From an uncultured Oscillospiraceae bacterium (lineage in GTDB: Bacteria; Bacillota; Clostridia; Oscillospirales; Ruminococcaceae): 64,000 bases of DNA. The translations under genes were made by a program, and so were the position numbers. Within the stretch, counting starts at the first letter, position 1. Each line of letters begins with the position of its first letter. Shown in pieces: positions 45,867 to 55,842 of the stretch. Location of the stretch: positions 5,699 through 69,698 of the forward strand of contig CASDQY010000058.1 of the NCBI GenBank assembly GCA_949282975.1, given 5' to 3'. Below the pieces are notes generated by a model. The model was not told the DNA's origin and ran no database searches. It saw nothing but the letters and a program-made list of their open reading frames with translations.

Positions 45867-48800
45867 ATGAGCGCCGACGCCACCGAAGTCATATCTGAAA
45901 TCCGAAAAGTTGACAGCGCAACCGCAAACACGCAAAAACAACTGCGGGACGTAGAAAAACTCCTGCAATTTGACCCCGGGAATACCGAGCTTTTAGCCCA
46001 GAAGCAGCGCCTTTTGGCGGAAGCCGCCGAGCAGGCCCAGCAAAAAGAAAAGCTGCTTTATCAGGCCATGGAGGATCTGGATGGGCAGCTTGCGGATGGA
46101 AAAATATACCAGCAGCGCTACAACGAAGAGCATGACGCCCTGCAGCGGGAACTGATCGAGACGGACCGAAAGCTGGATGGGTATAAAAGCTCTTTGGAAG
46201 GGATATCCGATACCGCCAAAGAGGCCGCTCAGCAAACCGAAAACCTGGGAGATACCGCCGTTTCCGTGGCCGACGAGCTGGAAACGGTATTTTCCGGGGT
46301 GGAAAAAATCGGGACCGGCCTGACGGTGGGCCTTACCGCTCCGCTTACCGCACTGGGCGCCGCCGGAGTGAAAACCTACCTTGATCTGGATGACGCAGCT
46401 ACAAAGGTGGTTGGTCAAACAGGCGCCGCAGTAGAAGAAACCGAAAAATACCGGGAAATTCTGGAAGAAATCTACAATGAGGGCTACGGGGAAAGCTACG
46501 AGGATATCGCCGATTCCGTGGCTACAGTGCGGCAAAACCTGGGCGAGATGGACGATGAGACGCTGCAAACCATCACCCAAGATGCGCTGAAAATCCGGGA
46601 TGTTTTTGAGTATGACGTACAGGAATCCACCCGGGCAGCAAAGGCCATGATGGATAACTTCGGATTAAGCGCCGAAGAGGCTTTTGATTACATCGTAACC
46701 GGTTCGCAAAACGGGTTGAACTACTCTGGGGAACTGCTGGACAGCATCAGCGAATACAGCGTTCAATTTGCCAAAGTGGGGTTGGATGCCGATGATATGT
46801 TTAACATCTTCGCCGAAGGCTACGAAACCGGCGCCTGGAACCTGGACAAAATGGGGGACGCCATCAAAGAGTTTTCCATCCGTGTGATCGACGGAAGCGA
46901 AACCACCCAGCAGGGTTTTGAGGCCATCGGGCTGAATGCGGACACTATGGCGGAGAAATTTGCCGCCGGCGGCGAAACCGCCCAGGAGGCTTTCCACCAG
47001 ACCATCACCGCACTGGCGGAAATGGAGGATCCTCTGGCGCAGAACGCAGCCGGAGTAAACCTTTTCGGCACCATGTGGGAGGATTTGGGGCCGGAAGTAG
47101 TCACCCAGCTTGCAGAGATCACAGATGGAACCTATGGTGCAGAGGGCGCCATGGATTCCCTGACCGAAAGCATGAGCGATGCCAAAAAAGCGGAGCAAAA
47201 CATGCGGGAGGCCCAGTCGGCCCTGTCGGACATCGGGGAAAGCCTGGTGGAAATCGGACTGCCTGCGCTGGAAAGCCTGTCCGGGGTTTTAAGCGATGTG
47301 GCGGACTGGTTTTCCGGTCTGGATGACGGCGGTCAAAATTTGATTCTCACCATCGGCGGCATTGCTTTGGCCGCCGGGCCGGTGATCAAAACCGTGGGAA
47401 GCTTGAGCAACGGCGTACTGTCCCTGAAACAAAAGATCGATTCTTTCCGCACCTCTGCCAGCAACGCCAACCAATCGGTGGGCAACCTAAACACCACCGC
47501 ATCCAACACCGCCGGCAGCGGCATTTCCAAGCTGGGGAGCGCCATGGGGACCGTTTTTTCCGGGGTGGGTATCGTGGCTACAGGTATCACCCTGGTCACC
47601 GGCCTGGTGAGCTGGATCAACGACCTCAACGATGCGGCAACAAATGCCAATTTCAGCCATTTTTCCGACCAGTGGAACAACATCAACGAAGGATTGTCCA
47701 ACGCCAGAAGCAGCCTGGAGGATTATAACGACCTGGTTTTTGAATCTAACGGCAGAATGTCAGAAATCGAAACCGAGCTGAGTGAAGTCCAGACAAATAT
47801 CATGACCATCTGCACTACGGCGAGCCAGGAGCGGAGAAACCTTACCCAAGGGGAAATCGACAAGCTGGATGAACTGATGGAAACACAGATTGAACTTACG
47901 GAAGAACAGCTCGGAAATTTACAGCGTGTCGTAGATATCGCCAGTTCCAGTGCTTTGCTTGAGCTGGAAAGCCTGGACCCTTCTGCCACGGTAGATGACT
48001 TCATCAGGATTTGGGATGATAACTATGTCAACATGATGGACAGTTATCAGCAAGTGTCGGAAGCCGCTGAGGAATTCTACGCAGATCAGGAAGCGCAGAT
48101 TTATGCCTTTCACGAGACGCAAGGCACCTTGAATTCCGATGCGCACCGGAACGATTTGGCGGAAGCGAGAAGGCGAGCCGATTCCATGACCCAGGTGGAA
48201 CAGGAAAAAGTGGCGGGGATGCTCAGCGCCTATACCACCTACTTAGAGGAAAAGTACAACTTGGACGGCCTGATTTATCAAGAAACATCACTAAATGGAC
48301 AGTCGATGGCTGATTTGTGGAGAAAACACCAAGCTGAATACAACGAAATAGGAGAAAAATATGTATACGGAACACAAGCTTATCAAGATGCCATAAATGC
48401 TGAAAATGACATATTTGCATCCGAAATGTCGATTGCCCTTCAGGATTTAACCTATAACTTGGATGAAGAAACTGAAAAAGCCCTTTACACTTGGATGAAT
48501 TTAGCATACAACACGGGCGTATGGGGCGGAGAAACTTCACAAGAGGCCGAAAGGATGGTAGAAAGCATTTCCATCGCTATGCGAAAACTGCCGGATGAAA
48601 CCAAAGAGAATTTTAAGAGCGTGTTCGATGGGGCAGACCAAATCATAGAAGAACATGCGCCGGGTTTCACAGAGAAAATCACAAGGTCACTTACCAGTTG
48701 GGTGGACCGGGTAAAAGAGAATTTGGAAATCAATTCTCCATCCCGGGTCATGAAAAGGCTTTTCGGCTACGTCATGCAGGGCGCAGAAATCGGCTTTGAA

Positions 48801-49097
48801 GATGGAGCGGACAAGCTTTTGGCTGATGCAGATACCTTTGCCAACGACTTCACCGCCGCCATGACCCCGCAACTTCCGGAGCTTGACAACGGAATGGCCC
48901 TGCGCCAGATGCAGTCCGTCAACGGACAGGCTGCAACGGCGGCGGCCGCACGGCAAAACCAGTTTTCCATCTCCCTGCGGATCGACCGCTTTGAAAACCG
49001 AACGGATCAGGATATCAACGCCCTGGCCCAGCGCATCATGGCAGAAACCGAAACCATCTACCGGAGGAGGGCGGCTGCCTATGGCGCAAAATATTAA
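45867..49097 (+). CDS. Tape measure protein
   Basis: ~1076 aa, coiled-coil and Gly/Ala-rich TM-like central segment, after the G/T pair. The start (ATG 45867) is uncertain. Confidence 0.85.
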   Translation: MSADATEVISEIRKVDSATANTQKQLRDVEKLLQFDPGNTELLAQKQRLLAEAAEQAQQKEKLLYQAMEDLDGQLADGKIYQQRYNEEHDALQRELIETDRKLDGYKSSLEGISDTAKEAAQQTENLGDTAVSVADELETVFSGVEKIGTGLTVGLTAPLTALGAAGVKTYLDLDDAATKVVGQTGAAVEETEKYREILEEIYNEGYGESYEDIADSVATVRQNLGEMDDETLQTITQDALKIRDVFEYDVQESTRAAKAMMDNFGLSAEEAFDYIVTGSQNGLNYSGELLDSISEYSVQFAKVGLDADDMFNIFAEGYETGAWNLDKMGDAIKEFSIRVIDGSETTQQGFEAIGLNADTMAEKFAAGGETAQEAFHQTITALAEMEDPLAQNAAGVNLFGTMWEDLGPEVVTQLAEITDGTYGAEGAMDSLTESMSDAKKAEQNMREAQSALSDIGESLVEIGLPALESLSGVLSDVADWFSGLDDGGQNLILTIGGIALAAGPVIKTVGSLSNGVLSLKQKIDSFRTSASNANQSVGNLNTTASNTAGSGISKLGSAMGTVFSGVGIVATGITLVTGLVSWINDLNDAATNANFSHFSDQWNNINEGLSNARSSLEDYNDLVFESNGRMSEIETELSEVQTNIMTICTTASQERRNLTQGEIDKLDELMETQIELTEEQLGNLQRVVDIASSSALLELESLDPSATVDDFIRIWDDNYVNMMDSYQQVSEAAEEFYADQEAQIYAFHETQGTLNSDAHRNDLAEARRRADSMTQVEQEKVAGMLSAYTTYLEEKYNLDGLIYQETSLNGQSMADLWRKHQAEYNEIGEKYVYGTQAYQDAINAENDIFASEMSIALQDLTYNLDEETEKALYTWMNLAYNTGVWGGETSQEAERMVESISIAMRKLPDETKENFKSVFDGADQIIEEHAPGFTEKITRSLTSWVDRVKENLEINSPSRVMKRLFGYVMQGAEIGFEDGADKLLADADTFANDFTAAMTPQLPELDNGMALRQMQSVNGQAATAAAARQNQFSISLRIDRFENRTDQDINALAQRIMAETETIYRRRAAAYGAKY

Positions 49098-49842
49098 CTA
49101 CTTTTCCTTTAACGGCCGGGACAGCCGGGATTTTGGCCTCTGGATTACATCGGGAGGACTGGGAACCTTTAACGGCGCCGCACCGGATACCACCGCCAAC
49201 GCCATAGCGGGGCGGGATGGGGATGTGCTGGTAAGCAATGCCAGGAGGGGGAACCTGTCGGTATCTTATCCGGTATTTCTCGACCTTCCAAACGGTCTGA
49301 CTTTGTGACGGGCCACCGATGATATCCGCAACAGGTTGATGGAGGATGATCAGTACCACAGACTGGAGGACAGCTACCACCTGGGTTTTTACCGGGAGGC
49401 GGCTTACCTGGAAGCCTTTAACTTCACACACACCGCCTTGCGGGGCGGCACGGCTACCATCACCTTTTCCTGCAAGCCGGACCTGTACTTTGATGCCATG
49501 CCCGTCACAGGGACGGGATCGGTAAAGCTGATCAACCCAACCAGGCTGCGGGCAAAGCCGGTGATCCGGCTGGATGCAGTAACCGGGGTGGTGAGCCTGA
49601 TTTTCCAGTCCAGCACAGACGGGAGCATGACCTACACTTTTGGGGAGGCGGACCAGTCTTATCAAGATGTGGTGATCGACTGTGAAAACATGAGGATTTA
49701 TGAGGATAAAACCATACCAAATAACCTTTTTTCGATGTGCAATTTTCCGCTGGAATTCCCATCCCTGCCGACGGGGGTCTGTACCCTGACGGTATCAGGC
49801 AGCCCTAAAATCACAGTGGAACCGAGGTGGAGAAGCCGATGA
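49081..49842 (+). CDS. Distal tail protein (Dit) interrupted by a single in-frame TGA at 49306-49308
   Basis: The N-part MAQNINYFSFNGRDSRDFGL.. and the C-part ..RLEDSYHLGFYRE..PRWR are in the same frame. Together they have the size (253 codons) of a siphovirus Dit. Confidence 0.7.
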
Positions 49843-52433
49843 TTCCGGTTCTGTACGAAAAAACCAGCACAAAAACAAATCTGGTGCCAATCGGCGCCAT
49901 GGTGGATGTGCTGTCCTGCCCGGTGAGCAGGGAGCGAAACGGTATCTATGAGGCCACCATGCTCTATCCGAAAGATGGGCAGCTGGCGGAAGAGCTGAAA
50001 ACGGAACGGCTTTTGTACATCAAGCCGGGAGACGATGAAGATCCTCAGCCCATGGAGATCATGACCGTCACCGCTATCAACGACAACACCATCCAAGTGT
50101 ACGCCCAGCATATCAGCTACCGGCTCAGTGGCATGGTAGCTTCTCCGTTTTCGGCGGCCACGGCCACGGAAGCCGCTGCAAAACTGCAGCAGTACATGGG
50201 AGAATTTACACTTACCACCGATATCACATCCGACACGGCTTACAGTCTCACAGTACCAACCGCCTGCCGCTCTGTGCTGGGAGGCATGGAAGGAAGCTTG
50301 CTGGATGTATACGGCGGCGAGTTTGTCTTTGACGGATGGGACGTGCACTGGCGGAAATCCGCCGGAAGCGACCGGGGAGTGCTGATCGCTTACGGGAAAA
50401 ACCTCACCGAAATCAACGCCGTGGCGGATACCACCGGGGTTGTCACCGGCGTTCTGCCCTACTATCAGCAGCAAAACGAGGATGGGAGTACCAGCCTGAT
50501 CATGCCGGATGGTCCGGTGATGATAGCGGACAGCATCATGAGCTATGACCGGATCACCACCCTGGACTGTACAGGCGAGTTTGAGGCAACCCCAAGCGTG
50601 GAGCAACTCCAGCAGTACGGCGCAAACTGGCTGCAAAATCAAACCACAAAAACCACCGACAGCATCACACTGAGCTATCTTGACCTGTACGACCAGGGAG
50701 AAAGCGACGCCATCAAGAGCATGGAGTATGTGCGGCTTTGCGACACGGTGACGGTATGGGACAAGCGGTACAACATACAGCTCACCGCAAAAGTGGTGCA
50801 GATCGTCTATGATCCCATAGCGGAGCGGAATGATACCGTGCAGGTGGGGGAAGCGGTGAGCAACTTTGCGGACACCATCTTGAGCACCAACCAAACGGTG
50901 GACAAAATCCAACAGACCTACCCCTCACGCTGGCAGCAGTCCATGTACGACCTGGCGAGCAAGATCACCGGCCAGACCGACAGCCACGTGATTTTCGTGC
51001 CCATGGAGTATCCATCGGCCATCTTAGTGGCGGAGGATACCGACCTGACTTCCGCCGGAAACAGGGGGCTTTACATCAGCGCCGCCGGTATCGCCGGAAC
51101 AGAGGATTTGGCGGCTGCTTTGCAGGACCCGTCCCTTTTCAGCCTGGCCATCACCATCGACGGCCATATCATCGGGGACCGGATCACCGGCCTGACAATC
51201 GAGGGGAAGCAGATCATCGGGGGGATCATCCGCAACACCGCCGGAACGGTGTATATCAATCTCGACACCGGCGAAGCCTACGTCCCCCGTCTGATCGCCT
51301 CCGCCGGCGGCGGCGTGTACTACGGAATCGAGCAGGGCTCTTTTAACTTATCCGGCGCTGAGTACAGCGGGATGCGCTTTTTTAGGATGATCAACGTGGC
51401 CCCACCCTTTGATAGTCCGGAGGGGGACTACTTCCAGGTACTGCGCACTGCCTCCGGGGCCAGGCTGCGAGCCATCGACCCGGACGGGAACGATCTATAT
51501 CTGGACCTTCTGGGCGACAGCGGCACGGTGTCCGGAACCGGCCCGATCCTCCAGGTGCGGGCGGGAAGCACCAAAAGCACAGTGTTCCAGCTCAACGAGG
51601 ATGGGGATGTGGAGATTCCGGGATATCTGAGAGTGGGAATGAATTCCGGCGTTGGCTCCAACCTGGGGCTGTATGGCGGCCGCATTGAGCGAGGGGGAAA
51701 TTTTGTCTCCCTTACCAACGGCGGCGGCTTTTACGCCCAGCGGCTCAACGGAACTTCCGGCGAAAACGTGGCGTACATGCTCTCCGACGGAACGGTCCAC
51801 GGGATCAACATCACGGGGACGGATATCAGTGCTACCAATCAAGTTTCCGGCGAGCTGGGGGAGTTCACGCAAGTCAGAGCGAGAAGCTTCCGTTTTTCGC
51901 AGGACAGCACCAGCGGACTGGTGCAGTTTGACAACAATGACTTTGGGGTTCTGTACAACGGCACTGTCCATTTTGCTTTTGGCCGCAGTTACAACGGCGT
52001 AAATGAGAGCATCATCCGGCTACCAAACGGGGCCAGCGAGGTGGTAGACACCTATAAAAGCTGGGATTTCCACGGATGGAGCATCACAAACGCCCAGATT
52101 GCCACTTCTTCCGACCGGCGGCTGAAAAAGTACATCGCTGCCAGTAAGGAAAAGGCCCTGCCTATCATCGACGCCATACCCATGCGACAGTATACCTACA
52201 AAAAGGGAGCGCCGGAGTACCTGTCAGAAAAAAAGGTACGCTTTGGAGAAGTGGCCCAGGAGCTGGAAGAAGTCTACCCGGAAGCCGTGATCTACAGCGA
52301 AAAAACCGACGACTGGTATATCGACAAAATCGCACTCGTTGACCTACTGCTGAAAGGCGTGCAGGAGCTGAGTGCGAAAGTCACAAGTCTCGAAGCCGAA
52401 CTAAAAAGAAAGGAGAATGCAAATGCCGGTTGA
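49839..52433 (+). CDS. Tail-associated lysin/Tal-like protein with C-terminal S74 intramolecular chaperone domain
   Basis: The N-terminal prophage-tail endopeptidase-like region begins MIPVLYEK... The C-terminus SSDRRLKKYI...WYIDKIALVDLLLKGVQEL fits the autoproteolytic chaperone domain. Confidence 0.8.
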   Translation: MIPVLYEKTSTKTNLVPIGAMVDVLSCPVSRERNGIYEATMLYPKDGQLAEELKTERLLYIKPGDDEDPQPMEIMTVTAINDNTIQVYAQHISYRLSGMVASPFSAATATEAAAKLQQYMGEFTLTTDITSDTAYSLTVPTACRSVLGGMEGSLLDVYGGEFVFDGWDVHWRKSAGSDRGVLIAYGKNLTEINAVADTTGVVTGVLPYYQQQNEDGSTSLIMPDGPVMIADSIMSYDRITTLDCTGEFEATPSVEQLQQYGANWLQNQTTKTTDSITLSYLDLYDQGESDAIKSMEYVRLCDTVTVWDKRYNIQLTAKVVQIVYDPIAERNDTVQVGEAVSNFADTILSTNQTVDKIQQTYPSRWQQSMYDLASKITGQTDSHVIFVPMEYPSAILVAEDTDLTSAGNRGLYISAAGIAGTEDLAAALQDPSLFSLAITIDGHIIGDRITGLTIEGKQIIGGIIRNTAGTVYINLDTGEAYVPRLIASAGGGVYYGIEQGSFNLSGAEYSGMRFFRMINVAPPFDSPEGDYFQVLRTASGARLRAIDPDGNDLYLDLLGDSGTVSGTGPILQVRAGSTKSTVFQLNEDGDVEIPGYLRVGMNSGVGSNLGLYGGRIERGGNFVSLTNGGGFYAQRLNGTSGENVAYMLSDGTVHGINITGTDISATNQVSGELGEFTQVRARSFRFSQDSTSGLVQFDNNDFGVLYNGTVHFAFGRSYNGVNESIIRLPNGASEVVDTYKSWDFHGWSITNAQIATSSDRRLKKYIAASKEKALPIIDAIPMRQYTYKKGAPEYLSEKKVRFGEVAQELEEVYPEAVIYSEKTDDWYIDKIALVDLLLKGVQELSAKVTSLEAELKRKENANAG

Positions 52434-55400
52434 TGAAACCAACGTCATCGCCAACGTAAAAGCGGATTTGGCACGGGGGACAGTGGAACCGTATCAAGTA
52501 AGCTGCACCCAGTACGATGCAGAGATGCGCCGGATCGCCGTCCACCTGCAACAAAACGGGAAAATCTGGAACATCCCGGCCGGGTACTCCGTCAATGTGC
52601 GGATGAAAAAGGCGGACGGCACCGTAGTATATAACCCCGGCGAAGCTGATGGGAATCTGGCATATATCACCTTGTCCGGCCAGATGTGTATTTTGCCGGG
52701 AACCCAGGATTTTGTGGTGGAGATCGTCAAGGGGGATGATGTGGTGCAGACGGCGCCCATCCGCCTTGAGGTCAAAGCCAACCCCATGCAGGAGGGGGAC
52801 GAAGCCAGCGAAGACGAAAAGGAGACCATCCAGCAGGCGGTGGAGGACGCCCGGGAAGCCGCCGAAGAAAGCCAGACCAATGCCGACCAGGCCTATACCT
52901 GGGCGCAAAACACCCTGACCCTCTATCACCAGACCGAGGACCTGGCGCAGCAGGTAGAGCAAACCGCCCGAAGAATCCTGGGGGCGGATGCCAAAGTGGC
53001 GGCGGTGACGCAGTCCCAGTATGAGGCGCTGAACCCACCCGACCCGAAAACCGTCTATATCGTCACCGGGGACAACCCCAACCCTTACCTCAAAGCCTAC
53101 TATCCCATGACCGCCGACGTGGCGGACATGCTCAGCGAAAAGACCGGCTCCATCGTGGGCGGCGGAAGCTTTTCCGGCGGGGGTTTGCGCACCGCTCCAT
53201 CCGGTACAGTATCCCAGCACCAAAACTACATCCAACTGCCGGATAACCTTTTTGGGGGACTGGAAATCCAGACCAACTCTGGCCTGACCGTCACCATCGA
53301 CGTGATGCCGGATACTACCTGTTCCGCCGGGAACGGGGACTGGGTGCGGCTGCTTAACTTCTACAAGCCGGCCAACGAGCCAGAAGGGACAGCAGAGGGA
53401 GAACTGTATCTCACTCAGGGGTGTGTCGGCACCGCCTACTATGGTGGGACGACCACTCAGGCGCTGGACGCTTCCAAAGCAGGAGCCATCACCGCCGGAA
53501 GTTGGCACACCGTGGCGCTGGTGGTCAGCCCATACGCCGCCGGCGTGGCGGTGTATGTGGACGGGGCGCTCCAAGCGAGCATATCCGGGGGCACGACCAG
53601 CTTACTGGCGCAGATCGCCGATTTTACCCAAAACGCCATCGGCAACTCCCGCTTTGCGGATAACGATTTTGTAGGCCTGGTGCGCAATCTGCGGGTGTAC
53701 AACAAAGCGTTGAGCACAACAGAAATCAGCGACATCGGAACCGCCCCCGCCTGGTCCATCTACTACGGCGGGGCGAAGATGGATGATCTGATCCAGCTGC
53801 AGGAGACGGTCGAAGGGATCATCGGGGGCACGGTAAACATCCAGACCATCCGGGGCGCTTATGGCCAGACTATGGACATCGGACCAGCCAGCATCGGAGA
53901 GACAAATGTTGGCTCCACGTCGAGCGCAAGTGCAGTGAATTTGCGGGCCAGTGTGCTGAATCTGCTGGGCATGGGGCGTGGACCAAGCGCAAGGGACACC
54001 GTGCGGATCACCGGCATGGCCACTCCCACCGCCGACACCGACGGCGCAAACAGGGACTACGTGGATAGCAAGGTGACAGAAGCCACCTCCGGCCTTGCCT
54101 CTACGCAGTACGTAGATGACGCCATCGACGACGCCATTTCTGCCACCTCCAACGCTCCCCGCTATGGCGTCCGCTTTTCCGGCTCCGGCAACTCCGGCAG
54201 CACCGTTACCCGGCTGTATGATGCCGTCGGCCTGACTGCCGCCGTGGGCACCGATACCGCCGGGGCAGAAAACGACTTTGACGACATCGCCCCCTGGTCC
54301 AACCGCCGGCGGTGCTGCGGGTACTGGGACGAGTCAGGCCGGTTTGTGGTCAACGCTTACGAGGGGGAACCGGGCTATGCCACCGATGGAAGCAACGGCG
54401 AGGTATGGGTGGAAAGCTCCCTGTGGTACTACCAGCATACCGTATCCGATGACGGTGTGGAAGAAATCACTATCTCCACCTATCAGTACCCCGGATTCTC
54501 CCCCGCTCCCATCTTTTTGAGCCAGGGAGGACAGGCCCAGCCTTACCTTAAGGCTTACACTGCCGCCTATCCCATGGCCACGGTGGACGGAAAGCCCACC
54601 TCTAGAAGCGGGGTGTTTCCGGGCACATACTCCCTCAACAGCGCCATGACGGCGGCACGGACGGCAGGGGAAAGCTATTGCACCACCACCGTCGGGGAGT
54701 GGTACAGCGACTGGCTCTTGATGGTGGTGGAATTTGCCACCCGAAACTTGCAGTCTATCATGGTGGGAGCCACCCAACTGCCATGGTATACCACCCACAC
54801 CGCTTTGGAAGCGGAAACCAGCGCAAACCGCATTATTATTTCTGCCGCCAATGCCTCCGGCTATGTGGTAGGGCAGACCATCGGCATCGGCACCACCCAA
54901 GGCGGGAACCAGGTCTGCTCCAACCGGCGGATTACCTCCATCGAGACGGTGGAGGACGGAACCGCCCTATACTTCGACGGCGACCCCGTGGACATCGCCG
55001 TGGGAAACATGGTGTACAGCCTGGCCTGGATCACCGGCACCTGTGATGGGGTGCAGTCCTCTTCGGGCTCCTACATCTCCAACACCGGCGGAAAGCATCA
55101 GTGCATCTACCGGGGCAAAGAAAAGCCCTACGGGGACTGCTATGAGTGGTGCTGCGACGTACTTTTCCAGCGCCACGGGGCCGGAACCACTGATGACCCA
55201 TACACCTATACCGCACACTATCTTCCCGACCCCACTAAGTACAGCGGTGGATCCATCACCGAGGACTATGTGCAGCTGGGCTATGGAGTGCCGGAGGCGG
55301 ATGGATACTCCACCGAACTGGGGTTGGATGAGCGGTTCCCCTGGGTCCGGATTCCGTCGGCGGTGGGCGGCTCCACTACCACCTACTACTCCGACTACTA

Positions 55401-55551
55401 CAACTATCCACGCTCCGCCGTCGCAGCGGGGCGTCTGGGCGGCAACTGGGCCTCCAGGAGCTACGCCGGTGCGGCGTACTGGGACTGCTACAATGCCCCC
55501 TCCATCTCAGGGGTGAACAACCGTGCCCGCCTTTCTTTCCACCGCACCTAG
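52417..55551 (+). CDS. Tail fibre / receptor-binding protein: BppU-like N-domain, LamG-like domain, C-terminal lectin-fold variable region (DGR target)
   Basis: The N-terminus resembles baseplate upper protein. The LamG-like segment is SWHTVALVV...FVGLVRNLRVYNKAL. The last ~40 codons form the VR, matched by the downstream TR. Confidence 0.85.
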   Translation: MQMPVDETNVIANVKADLARGTVEPYQVSCTQYDAEMRRIAVHLQQNGKIWNIPAGYSVNVRMKKADGTVVYNPGEADGNLAYITLSGQMCILPGTQDFVVEIVKGDDVVQTAPIRLEVKANPMQEGDEASEDEKETIQQAVEDAREAAEESQTNADQAYTWAQNTLTLYHQTEDLAQQVEQTARRILGADAKVAAVTQSQYEALNPPDPKTVYIVTGDNPNPYLKAYYPMTADVADMLSEKTGSIVGGGSFSGGGLRTAPSGTVSQHQNYIQLPDNLFGGLEIQTNSGLTVTIDVMPDTTCSAGNGDWVRLLNFYKPANEPEGTAEGELYLTQGCVGTAYYGGTTTQALDASKAGAITAGSWHTVALVVSPYAAGVAVYVDGALQASISGGTTSLLAQIADFTQNAIGNSRFADNDFVGLVRNLRVYNKALSTTEISDIGTAPAWSIYYGGAKMDDLIQLQETVEGIIGGTVNIQTIRGAYGQTMDIGPASIGETNVGSTSSASAVNLRASVLNLLGMGRGPSARDTVRITGMATPTADTDGANRDYVDSKVTEATSGLASTQYVDDAIDDAISATSNAPRYGVRFSGSGNSGSTVTRLYDAVGLTAAVGTDTAGAENDFDDIAPWSNRRRCCGYWDESGRFVVNAYEGEPGYATDGSNGEVWVESSLWYYQHTVSDDGVEEITISTYQYPGFSPAPIFLSQGGQAQPYLKAYTAAYPMATVDGKPTSRSGVFPGTYSLNSAMTAARTAGESYCTTTVGEWYSDWLLMVVEFATRNLQSIMVGATQLPWYTTHTALEAETSANRIIISAANASGYVVGQTIGIGTTQGGNQVCSNRRITSIETVEDGTALYFDGDPVDIAVGNMVYSLAWITGTCDGVQSSSGSYISNTGGKHQCIYRGKEKPYGDCYEWCCDVLFQRHGAGTTDDPYTYTAHYLPDPTKYSGGSITEDYVQLGYGVPEADGYSTELGLDERFPWVRIPSAVGGSTTTYYSDYYNYPRSAVAAGRLGGNWASRSYAGAAYWDCYNAPSISGVNNRARLSFHRT
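55427..55541 (+). repeat. DGR variable region (VR)
   Basis: 115 nt, collinear with 55618-55732. Nine of the ten mismatches lie opposite TR adenines. Confidence 0.85.
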
Positions 55552-55559
55552 CGGGGGAT

Positions 55560-55578
55560 CGGGGGCGGCCAGCCCCCG
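55560..55578 (+). promoter_or_regulatory. GC-rich hairpin just 3' of the VR
   Basis: CGGGGGC-ggcca-GCCCCCG, 9 nt after the stop codon. Confidence 0.5.
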
Positions 55579-55617
55579 GAAAACAAAAAATTGGCGACCG
55601 GGATTTGATGTGCGGCA

Positions 55618-55732
55618 CGGGGCGTCTGGGCGGCAACTGGAACTCCAGGGGCAACGCCGGTGCGGCGTACTGGAACTGCAACAATGCCCCCTCCAACTCA
55701 GGGGTGAACAACCGTGCCCGCCATTCTTAACA
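55618..55732 (+). repeat. DGR template region (TR)
   Basis: Noncoding copy of the VR containing 25 adenines, several as AAC triplets in the VR reading frame. Lies 110 nt upstream of the RT gene. Confidence 0.85.
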
Positions 55733-55842
55733 TTTTTGATATTGCACATCATATTCCGTACCACTTGGTAAAAATGCGTCGTAGCGGCCGGGGCTGGTAG
55801 GGCAACCGAACGTCCTGGAGACTTTAAGAAAGACCGTAAAAA

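Noticed and set aside
49306-49308. Genome-wide TGA reassignment (alternative genetic code) in the prophage
   Set aside because: Numerous well-delimited phage genes (radical SAM, C5-MTase, adenine-MTase, TerS, protease and others) end with TGA at the expected protein length. Only this single internal TGA was seen.
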